From: a virus
IMG/VR virus record: IMGVR_UViG_3300047284_000516
Location: 15,895-79,894 of that record
DNA: 64,000 bases
Direction: 5' to 3' (one strand)
A model generated the notes under the pieces. The model made no database searches. It worked only from the letters and a program-made list of their open reading frames with translations, and had not been told where the DNA came from. The position numbers were made by a program, and so were the translations under genes. Position 1 is the first letter of the stretch; every line of letters begins with the position of its first letter. Positions 57,212 through 64,000 of this stretch are shown in pieces.

Positions 57212-57236
57212 CTTTTGGATAGTAGTGTGGTAGTAT
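57208..57236 (+). promoter_or_regulatory. Sigma70-type promoter
   Basis: TTGACT-N17-TAGTAT with TGn extension. Confidence 0.6.
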
Positions 57237-57278
57237 GTCTTTACTAGCTTAGCTAGGTTTATTATGAAAGGAAACAAA

Positions 57279-57533
57279 ATGAATCAAAAACAAAAACTGT
57301 TTAACGCCCTCGCCTCTGGTGAGGAACTTACTTCCAAGCAAATTACCTCTCGCTTTGGTATTGCTTCTCCTACTAAGGTAATCAGCATGCTTCGTCTGCA
57401 AGATGGCCTCTCCATCTACAGCAACGTTCGTGTTGATACCAAAGGTCGAGTCAAGCATAAGTTCCGTCTTGGTACTCCTTCACGTAAAGTGATTGCAGCT
57501 GGCTATCGAGCACTGGCAGAAGGTCTAGTCTAA
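57279..57533 (+). CDS. Small winged-helix DNA-binding protein
   Basis: LTSKQITSRFGIASP...IS.LR, FRLGTPSR..IAAGY; own promoter and terminator. Confidence 0.7.
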   Translation: MNQKQKLFNALASGEELTSKQITSRFGIASPTKVISMLRLQDGLSIYSNVRVDTKGRVKHKFRLGTPSRKVIAAGYRALAEGLV

Positions 57534-57537
57534 GAAA

Positions 57538-57562
57538 AAGGGGACTTCGGTCCCCTTCTTTA
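57538..57562 (+). terminator. Rho-independent terminator
   Basis: AAGGGGAC-TTCG-GTCCCCTT followed by CTTT. Confidence 0.85.
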
Positions 57563-57565
57563 ATT

Positions 57566-57877
57566 ATGGAAAATACAGAACACGCTTTTACAACACAAGT
57601 AGGTAAAGATTGGCTTCTTGGTTTATTGAAAGAAGGTGAAATTGCTCTCTCCTTTACAAAAAAGGACGGTTCTGACCGAACCATGAGGTGTACCTTACAA
57701 GATAAGTATATCATCCCATATGAGAAGAAAACCAATAGAGTGAAGACTCAATCCAATGAAACTCTCTCGGTTTGGGATCTTGACAAAAATGAATGGAGAT
57801 CTTTTCGCTACGACTCTGTGAAGAGAGTTTACTTCACATTGGGCAATGATCAACTTGATATACAATCTGAGGAATAA
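57566..57877 (+). CDS. SH3/WYL-like protein
   Basis: FTKKDGSDRTMRCTL, VWDLDKNEWRSFR. Confidence 0.7.
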   Translation: MENTEHAFTTQVGKDWLLGLLKEGEIALSFTKKDGSDRTMRCTLQDKYIIPYEKKTNRVKTQSNETLSVWDLDKNEWRSFRYDSVKRVYFTLGNDQLDIQSEE

Positions 57878-58875
57878 TGATGGCATTTGAGGAAAATGAG
57901 ATTTCAATTAAGTCTGTAGGTGGTACAGAGTTAGTCAAACGAGGTTTAGCAGAACGTATTAAAGATGAGATTGACCTTGATCAATTCCAAGTAATCTGCT
58001 CTCGTGTAAGAGAGATTGACGAATCTAAGATTCGCGTTCTGTGGCTACATGATCTACCAGAAGATCCAGAATCTAAAAAGCTGAAAGATCCTAGTTTCCG
58101 AGAGCAGTTCCATAAGATTGTATTTTGTAGTCAATGGCAGTATCAACGATATCAACAAGTACTTGGCATCCCATATGATGAACGCTGTGTAGTGATTGAA
58201 AATGGTATCGAACCCATTACTCCTACAGAAAAGTCCAAGGACAAGATCAAATTAGTATACTCATCCACCCCACAACGAGGATTAGCTATTCTCGTTCCAG
58301 TATTTGAAGAACTTGCAAAGAGGTATGACAATATCGAGCTCAATGTGTTCTCCAGCTACAAAATCTATGGATGGGATGAGGCTGATCAACGATTTGAGTC
58401 TCTATTTGATAAATGTAGAGAACATCCAAATATTGTATATCATGGGTTCAAACCAAACTCTGAGGTCAGAGCATGTCTTCAAGAATCCCACATTCACTCC
58501 TATCCTTCTATCTGGCAAGAGACTAGTTGTCTTTCTGTAATTGAAGCAATGTCGGCTGGATTACTTTGTGTACATCCAAACTTTGCTGCACTAACAGATA
58601 CATCAGGAGGGTTGAATTTCGTCTATCAGGGGAATTCAGACCTCAATAAGCATGCTAAACAGTTCTATCAAGCTCTCTCTCATGCTATTGAAGTAGTCAA
58701 TACTCCAGAAGTACAGACCTATATTAAATTGGTAAAGACATATGCTGATAGTAGATTCCATTGGACGAAGATTAAGTCCCAATGGGTTGATCTTCTGAAG
58801 GGTTTAGAGCTACAATACAAAGATGTTGATTCCAGAAAAATACCCAAACAACAATTCGTGTATCGAGTAGAATAA
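57877..58875 (+). CDS. GT-B (GT4) glycosyltransferase
   Basis: GGTE, WLHD, YSSTPQRGL, YPS.WQETSCLS.IEAM.AG. Confidence 0.85.
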   Translation: MMAFEENEISIKSVGGTELVKRGLAERIKDEIDLDQFQVICSRVREIDESKIRVLWLHDLPEDPESKKLKDPSFREQFHKIVFCSQWQYQRYQQVLGIPYDERCVVIENGIEPITPTEKSKDKIKLVYSSTPQRGLAILVPVFEELAKRYDNIELNVFSSYKIYGWDEADQRFESLFDKCREHPNIVYHGFKPNSEVRACLQESHIHSYPSIWQETSCLSVIEAMSAGLLCVHPNFAALTDTSGGLNFVYQGNSDLNKHAKQFYQALSHAIEVVNTPEVQTYIKLVKTYADSRFHWTKIKSQWVDLLKGLELQYKDVDSRKIPKQQFVYRVE

Positions 58876-59735
58876 TGATAATTGTAGACCTTAACCAGGT
58901 AATGATCTCCAATCTGTTTGCTCAGATTGGTAACCACACCAATGCTGTGTTGGAAGAGGACCTTGTACGTCACATGGTCCTTAACTCTATTCGCAGCATC
59001 AAAGTCAAGTTCAAGAAGTATGGAGAGATGATCATTGCTTGTGATGATAAGAACAATTGGCGAAAAGATTTCTTTCCTCCATATAAAGGGAATCGTAAAA
59101 AGGACAGAGAGAAGTCAGAACTCAACTGGTCAGAACTATTTGGTGTACTCAACAAGATTAGGGAGGAATTGAAGGAGTATTTTCCCTATAGAGTAATCCA
59201 AGTAGATAGAGCGGAGGCAGATGATGTAATTGCGTCATTGGTCCACAAATATGGAGTTTTGTTAAATAACGAGGATACGGAACAAATAATGATTGTTTCT
59301 GGCGACAAGGACTTCGTTCAATTGCAACGTTATGCTAACGTTAGTCAGTTTGATCCTGTGAGGAAAAAAGCAATCACCAATCCTGATCCTCAACTCTTCC
59401 TTAAGGAATTAGTTCTCAAAGGAGATAGAGGGGATGGTGTTCCCAATGTGTTATCAGATGACAATTCAATTATCAGTGATGAGAGACAGAAACCACTAAC
59501 CGCTAAGAAATTGCAGCAGTTGGTACTAAATGATCCCTATACTTTCGAAGGGGATCTTAAAAGGAATTACTTCCGCAATTCTACACTGATTGATCTAGAT
59601 AATGTTCCACAGGACATCAAGGATGGGGTTTATCGGGAATATGATAGACAGTCCAGTAAGACCAGGGATAGATTGTTTAACTATTTCGTTACACATAGAC
59701 TAAATGCATTGATTGAAGAGATAGGTGACTTTTAA
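58875..59735 (+). CDS. rnh: T4-type RNase H (5'-3' exonuclease)
   Basis: IVDLNQ, WRK.FFP.YK.NR, EADDVIA, SGDKDF.QL, GDRGDGVPN. Confidence 0.95.
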   Translation: MIIVDLNQVMISNLFAQIGNHTNAVLEEDLVRHMVLNSIRSIKVKFKKYGEMIIACDDKNNWRKDFFPPYKGNRKKDREKSELNWSELFGVLNKIREELKEYFPYRVIQVDRAEADDVIASLVHKYGVLLNNEDTEQIMIVSGDKDFVQLQRYANVSQFDPVRKKAITNPDPQLFLKELVLKGDRGDGVPNVLSDDNSIISDERQKPLTAKKLQQLVLNDPYTFEGDLKRNYFRNSTLIDLDNVPQDIKDGVYREYDRQSSKTRDRLFNYFVTHRLNALIEEIGDF

Positions 59736-60157
59736 TGAGAAAGCTTGGGGTAGCAGAGATTATTCGTAAGGTTACAGAAGAGAAGACTGTAGCTGATCGA
59801 GTAAGGGTGTTGCAGGAGTATGCAAACCCAGTACTGGTTCAGATTCTTAAATATGGTCTTGATCCAGCAATTGTATGGGATCTTCCAAAAGGAGCTCCTC
59901 CATATAAGAAGAATGAGTATACAGATCAACAATCCAATCTCTATAGAGAGGCAAGGAGATTGTATTTGTTTTTGAAAGATGGTAATCCCAATCTCACTCC
60001 TGTGAAGAGGGAAATGTTGTTCATTCAGTTATTGGAGACAATAGATCCAGAAGATGCAGAGATTCTGATCGCAGCAAAGGATAAGAAGTTTCCAAAGTCT
60101 ATTAACATAAAGATGGTTAACCAAGCGTTTCCAGGACTAATTCCAGAAGGAGAGTAG
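59735..60157 (+). CDS. Conserved T4-like hypothetical protein
   Basis: LPKGAPPY, KREMLFIQLLE.IDP.DAE. Confidence 0.7.
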   Translation: MRKLGVAEIIRKVTEEKTVADRVRVLQEYANPVLVQILKYGLDPAIVWDLPKGAPPYKKNEYTDQQSNLYREARRLYLFLKDGNPNLTPVKREMLFIQLLETIDPEDAEILIAAKDKKFPKSINIKMVNQAFPGLIPEGE

Positions 60158-60162
60158 GAGAA

Positions 60163-60348
60163 GTGACTACGAAGGATCGTACTAAACAGTACATGCCACC
60201 AAACAATTCTCAGACTGATCGAGAAGAGAGTAAGAAGAGTTATCATTTTGTAAAGAGTAGACTAAATAAAAAGTCCAATCGAAGCTTAGACAGAGCATTG
60301 AGGTCTAAGGATTGGAATTCATTAGTTAATATAGACGAAAGCTATTAA
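60163..60348 (+). CDS. Small hypothetical protein
   Basis: SD AGGAG, GTG start. Confidence 0.5.
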   Translation: MTTKDRTKQYMPPNNSQTDREESKKSYHFVKSRLNKKSNRSLDRALRSKDWNSLVNIDESY

Positions 60349-60358
60349 AGGGCTAAAA

Positions 60359-60526
60359 ATGTTTAAATTTCTCTCTAAGATGTTTGGTTGTGGAAAAGAA
60401 GAGCCAAGTATCACAGAAGCTACACCAGTAGAAGTTGTCAAGCAAGCAATTGCTACTCCTCCCATCTCCACACCTCCAGTATCGAAAGCTCCTGCAAAAC
60501 GGGGTCGTAAGCCTAAAGCACAGTAA
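60359..60526 (+). CDS. Small Pro-rich protein with AT-hook-like end (not in ORF track)
   Basis: MFKFLSKMFG...PAKRGRKPKAQ; stop overlaps the next ATG. Confidence 0.55.
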   Translation: MFKFLSKMFGCGKEEPSITEATPVEVVKQAIATPPISTPPVSKAPAKRGRKPKAQ

Positions 60527-60759
60527 TGGCAATCTATAGTTTCAGAGACAAGGTCTCTGGTGAAATCACAGAAGTGTCAATGAGGATGTCTGAGAGAGAG
60601 CAATATCTTTTAGATCATCCTAACCTAGAGCAAATACATCTTCAAGCTCCCAGTTGTTCTGATCCTGCATCGTTGGGAATCAGGAAGCCAGCAGCAGGGT
60701 TTAGGGATTTGGTTTCTCATATCAAGAAGAATAATATTCGCTCGAATATTAAAGTGTAG
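60526..60759 (+). CDS. Conserved T4-like small protein (FmdB-like N-terminus)
   Basis: MAIYSFRDKVSGEI.E..M.MSE..YL..HP. Confidence 0.6.
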   Translation: MAIYSFRDKVSGEITEVSMRMSEREQYLLDHPNLEQIHLQAPSCSDPASLGIRKPAAGFRDLVSHIKKNNIRSNIKV

Positions 60760-61412
60760 TGTTCAATCACAATCTCTTAGATTATCATCCTTTAGATGTT
60801 CAGCAGATAGACGGTAAAAGGTTTTATCGTACTGCTTCTGGTCGTCTATATCAATCTGTCACCACAGCTCTCTCTAATCTTAATAAATCCAAGTTAGACT
60901 CTTGGAAAGAAAAGGTTGGTATCGAGGCTGCAGAATCTATTATGAGGAAGGCATCCAACAGGGGAACGAAGGTTCATGCTCTTTGTGAGCAGTATGTTCT
61001 CAATCAATCAGTAGATGGGATGCCTATTCATATGGAGATGTTTAGGCAGATTAAATCGTATCTTGATGCAAATGTAGAGGTAGTAAGGGGAGTGGAGATT
61101 CCGTTATATTCTGACAGGTTGCAATTAGCTGGTAGGTGTGATTTGGTAGCAGAAACCAAGCAAGGGTTATCTGTAATCGACTTCAAGACTTCTAGTAGGG
61201 AGAAGAGGGAGGAGTGGATTTTAAATTATTATTATCAGGCAACGATATATTCGATGATGGTGGAGGAGTTGTATCAATTGGATGTTAATCATTGTGCTAT
61301 TGTAATTGCTGTAGAGGATAGTGGTTTGCAGGTATTTGAATTTGACAACAGGCAGTATAGGGATCAGGTGATCAAGTTTGTTGATTCTTTCAAGGAAGAG
61401 GGGTATGATTAG
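60759..61412 (+). CDS. PD-(D/E)XK exonuclease
   Basis: SVTT, RGTKVH, E..LYS, AGRCD, IDFKTS, Q...Y. Confidence 0.88.
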   Translation: MFNHNLLDYHPLDVQQIDGKRFYRTASGRLYQSVTTALSNLNKSKLDSWKEKVGIEAAESIMRKASNRGTKVHALCEQYVLNQSVDGMPIHMEMFRQIKSYLDANVEVVRGVEIPLYSDRLQLAGRCDLVAETKQGLSVIDFKTSSREKREEWILNYYYQATIYSMMVEELYQLDVNHCAIVIAVEDSGLQVFEFDNRQYRDQVIKFVDSFKEEGYD

Positions 61413-61917
61413 GTCAAAGGTGAAAGGGCAGCATATGAATGTTGATCATGTAATAGAGAAGTATGGGATCCCAATGGATCAGACGGTATATCATGCGATA
61501 TGGAAGGTGGATAGTATATTGGATTCCTCATCTAATATTCAGAAGACGATAGATGATATTATTGATAGTTTTGGAATTGCTACTAGGTTGCAATTGATAG
61601 AGGGTAGAATCTTTGTAAAGGGGTTGGTGGAGTATGTGTATTTGTTTAGGGATACGTATAGTCCAGTAGATGCAAATGCATATGGATTGGCAAAGGTAGA
61701 CAAGGTTCAGAGGGATATGCCATATTTGTTGTCTAGGCCTAGGGTATTGATAGACAAGAGAGCCAAGATCTCTGGAAACAAGAAAGCAAGGATTAAAGAT
61801 ATTATTGATTGCAATCCAACCCTCACAACAGGAGAGCTAACAAAGATCATCACAAAAGACCTAAACATCACCCATGCCAATGCATATTATTATTTGAAGA
61901 GAGTGTTTAGGATCTAA
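61405..61917 (+). CDS. Hypothetical protein with C-terminal HTH-like segment
   Basis: ORF; C-terminal LT..I.KDLNITHANAYYY. Confidence 0.5.
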   Translation: MIRSKVKGQHMNVDHVIEKYGIPMDQTVYHAIWKVDSILDSSSNIQKTIDDIIDSFGIATRLQLIEGRIFVKGLVEYVYLFRDTYSPVDANAYGLAKVDKVQRDMPYLLSRPRVLIDKRAKISGNKKARIKDIIDCNPTLTTGELTKIITKDLNITHANAYYYLKRVFRI

Positions 61918-61934
61918 TCTTTAGGATTAGAATT

Positions 61935-62468
61935 CTAATCTTCTGGATGAAAGGGATCAATCCCCCTTCCCCTTACCCACCCCTCAGGAACATTATCTTT
62001 GAATAACCTCTCCTCACCTGTCAATGGATCATGATACCACTTTAATCCAAGACATGGCTTCCACTTCTTCCTTGCATTACGAATATTCTGCTTACCAATA
62101 CTATCATGAGGTACATTATGATTTCCCTTCCCCTTCATAGTATTACTGATCTTTTGCTTCACCTCTTCACTCCACTTCCTTCCCTTTCTATAGGCAGAGA
62201 CTTTACGAGAGATCTTCATCCTACTCTCAGCAGATAATGGAGCCCTCTTCTTCCTTACCTTGTAATCACGCTCCACACGATCAATAGAATAAGAAACCAT
62301 TAATTGATTAACAACCCCATCCACATTACTATCCTCTCGCACTTGAGTAAGAAGCTCACATGCAGTGAATAACAATTGCTCCCTTAGCTTTAGTATTTCC
62401 CGTTGAGGAAGAGAGGAGATGTATAGCATCCTACCAGAGGAAGTGGACAGCATATAGACGAATTTCAT
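61935..62468 (-). mobile_element. NUMOD3-containing homing-endonuclease-like gene with degenerate GIY-YIG start
   Basis: SAESRMKIS and WSEEVKQKISNTMKG NUMOD3 repeats; WYHDP..G, PEGWVRGR tail; FVY...LYIS N-terminus; antisense. Confidence 0.65.
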
Positions 62469-62494
62469 AGGGTTTACGAGTGACCAAATAGTAG

Positions 62495-62523
62495 TTGACA
62501 ATACAATTATATAGATTGATAAT
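62495..62523 (+). promoter_or_regulatory. Sigma70-type early promoter
   Basis: TTGACA-N17-GATAAT. Confidence 0.6.
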
Positions 62524-62555
62524 ACCATAAAGTAAGATTTGAAAAGGAGTGGAAA

Positions 62556-62831
62556 ATGCCAAAGTTGACGACCCAAAGTTCTTCAAAGTTTAGAGTGACC
62601 GATGACAGTTTAGGAAACCACGCTATAGTCGAGCTTTCCTCGGCATATGAGTCAAATATGTCGTTCGAAGAGTTCAGAAGTATGGCAGTGGCTACTGTGG
62701 AGAGAGGCACTGGTGGGCAGAAGACTAAGAATCAGATTATCACTGCAATGTATAGGGCAGGAACTTCTAGGAAGGATGTGCTGCAGAAGGCAATCAACTT
62801 CATCTTTGGTGGCATGGGACTGCGGGTGTAA
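62556..62831 (+). CDS. Hypothetical early protein
   Basis: SD AAGGAG, upstream promoter. Confidence 0.6.
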   Translation: MPKLTTQSSSKFRVTDDSLGNHAIVELSSAYESNMSFEEFRSMAVATVERGTGGQKTKNQIITAMYRAGTSRKDVLQKAINFIFGGMGLRV

Positions 62832-62832
62832 T

Positions 62833-62905
62833 AAAAAGTCCTGTACAATCAAGCAGATAGCTTTGAGAAGACCTAGTTGACCTTTTCCATGATCTATGCT
62901 AATAT
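62833..62905 (+). promoter_or_regulatory. Early promoter with repeated upstream motif (copy 1)
   Basis: AAAAAGTCCTGTACAATCAAGCAGATAG-N10-ACCT; TTGACC-N17-TAATAT. Confidence 0.65.
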
Positions 62906-62914
62906 GATCAAACT

Positions 62915-63367
62915 ATGAAAACGAAACGAACCATCAAGACTGCAGCTCAACCAACCTATTACTACCTACCCACTCCAAATGGCAAGGGTCTCAGGTCTGT
63001 AACTAAGAAGGTGTATGACCAAGTAATTGCTGGGCAGCTAAAGGCTGCAGCGGAGATGGGAATCAAAATTAAGAAAGGACGTAAAGTGAATACTGCATTT
63101 GATACTCTGATTGATAACACCAAAGCTCTTGAGGCTGTTGCCAAAGTAGATGCTGTTACTGAGGCTGAGAAGGTTGTTGATGGTAAGCGCCGTGGTGTCG
63201 TAACGAAAGCTAAACGCACTGGCACTAAGCTGGATATCGCCATCTCAATCTACCAGTCTACTAACGGAGATCGCAAACAAACGATCGAAGAGATCATGAC
63301 ACGTTGCGGCATGAGCAAAGCAGGTGCAACAACCTACTTCTACAATGCCAAGAAGGCATCTGTATAA
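62915..63367 (+). CDS. Basic hypothetical protein with C-terminal HTH-like segment
   Basis: Lys-rich; I..IM..CGMSKAGATTYFYNAKK. Confidence 0.6.
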   Translation: MKTKRTIKTAAQPTYYYLPTPNGKGLRSVTKKVYDQVIAGQLKAAAEMGIKIKKGRKVNTAFDTLIDNTKALEAVAKVDAVTEAEKVVDGKRRGVVTKAKRTGTKLDIAISIYQSTNGDRKQTIEEIMTRCGMSKAGATTYFYNAKKASV

Positions 63368-63378
63368 AAACCGTCTAG

Positions 63379-63600
63379 AACCTTCTCTATTCGGTTCAAA
63401 ATGATTAGGTAAGGGGAGGTTGCGGATCGTGGCGTGTGAATTGAATTGACAAGCATTTAGCCACCTTCTCGCTCCACCTTTAAACGACAGCAAGGCACGT
63501 CGGGAGACGTTCCGGAAGGAAATTGTCGGGAGACAAGTTCTGATCCTCTGTGCCCCTACCTCATGAAACCGCGTGCGCGCGCGGTATATTTGCCCCCCGC
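63379..63600 (+). ncRNA. GC-rich multi-hairpin non-coding element (RNA or ssDNA structure)
   Basis: Three adjacent GNRA-capped hairpins, long-range stems and an ACCGCG/CGCGGT hairpin; no credible ORF. Confidence 0.55.
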
Positions 63601-63612
63601 AAAACACCGTCA

Positions 63613-63683
63613 AAAAACTCCTGTAAAATCAATCAGATAGAGTTGGCCAAACCTGTTGTTTTTTTCAGAAAAACAGAGATAAT
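63613..63683 (+). promoter_or_regulatory. Early promoter with repeated upstream motif (copy 2)
   Basis: AAAAACTCCTGTAAAATCAATCAGATAG-N10-ACCT; TTGTTT-N16-GATAAT. Confidence 0.6.
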
Positions 63684-63720
63684 GGTTCTCATGATGAAAA
63701 CAAACACAAAGGCAAAGACA

Positions 63721-64000
63721 ATGGTCAAGTACGCAATCTATCAACTCCCCGAAGATCATGCTAACATCCGCGATCTTTACTTCCTCAATGCTCTCGAAAT
63801 TCAAGAGATCAGCGATCAGTTCGAAGTAGTGGCTCGTATCGATGCCCGTAGCCTGGATGATGCTTTCCGGATCGGCAATTTCGTCTGTGAAGAGGATGCA
63901 ACGAAGATCGAAGTGGTTGGCGACATGCGATCGATCTCGACTGGCGACATCATTCATAACCTCGATACGGATGAGACTCATGTGGTGGATCGGTTTGGTT
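63721..64000 (+). CDS. YodL-like protein (3' truncated; missing from ORF track)
   Basis: Open + frame MVKYAIYQL...LDDAFRIGN...MRSISTGDII...VVDRFG; promoter and AAGG SD upstream. Confidence 0.65.
   Translation, partial: MVKYAIYQLPEDHANIRDLYFLNALEIQEISDQFEVVARIDARSLDDAFRIGNFVCEEDATKIEVVGDMRSISTGDIIHNLDTDETHVVDRFG

Noticed and set aside
60759-61412. Cas4-like nuclease suggesting CRISPR
   Set aside because: Common stand-alone T4-like exonuclease; no repeat-spacer array or other cas genes seen
61935-62576. ORF-track start at 62576 for the NUMOD3 gene
   Set aside because: The extension overlaps a + strand promoter and gene start; ATG at 62468 is more plausible
63610-63981. 123-aa minus-strand ORF
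   Set aside because: Shadow of the + strand YodL-like gene, which has the promoter, SD and recognisable motifs but runs off the window
1-64000. Stop-codon reassignment
   Set aside because: Core genes are intact under the standard code, and TAA, TAG and TGA all end genes; no suppressor tRNA seen

Overview
This 64 kb window comes from an AT-rich, T4-like lytic myophage. The spanin pair, GH19 endolysin, IbpA-type Hsp20 and AhpC/AhpD point to a Gram-negative, probably proteobacterial, host. Almost all genes lie on the + strand. The T4 replication/recombination core is present: uvsW, 55, 47, 46, 45, 44, 62, regA, 43, uvsX, 41, 61, rnh, thyX, nrdAB, dCMP deaminase and dNMP kinase. Accessory content includes (i) a 7-deazaguanine cluster (queE, PRTase, queD, folE, a DpdL-like T-fold protein and a DpdA-like transglycosylase, with no queC/queF in the window) invaded by an antisense HNH endonuclease; (ii) five tRNAs, one of which (Pro-UGG) sits inside the anticodon loop of a split second tRNA, followed by an unannotated structured RNA; (iii) a large glycosyl/methyl/carbamoyl-transferase and 2OG-Fe(II) oxygenase island; (iv) putative head proteins built from Glu-delimited modules; (v) lysis genes; and (vi) at the right end, a GC-rich multi-hairpin non-coding element and a repeated early-promoter motif. 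GATC is visibly over-represented. All calls come from motif recognition by eye; no database searches were run.
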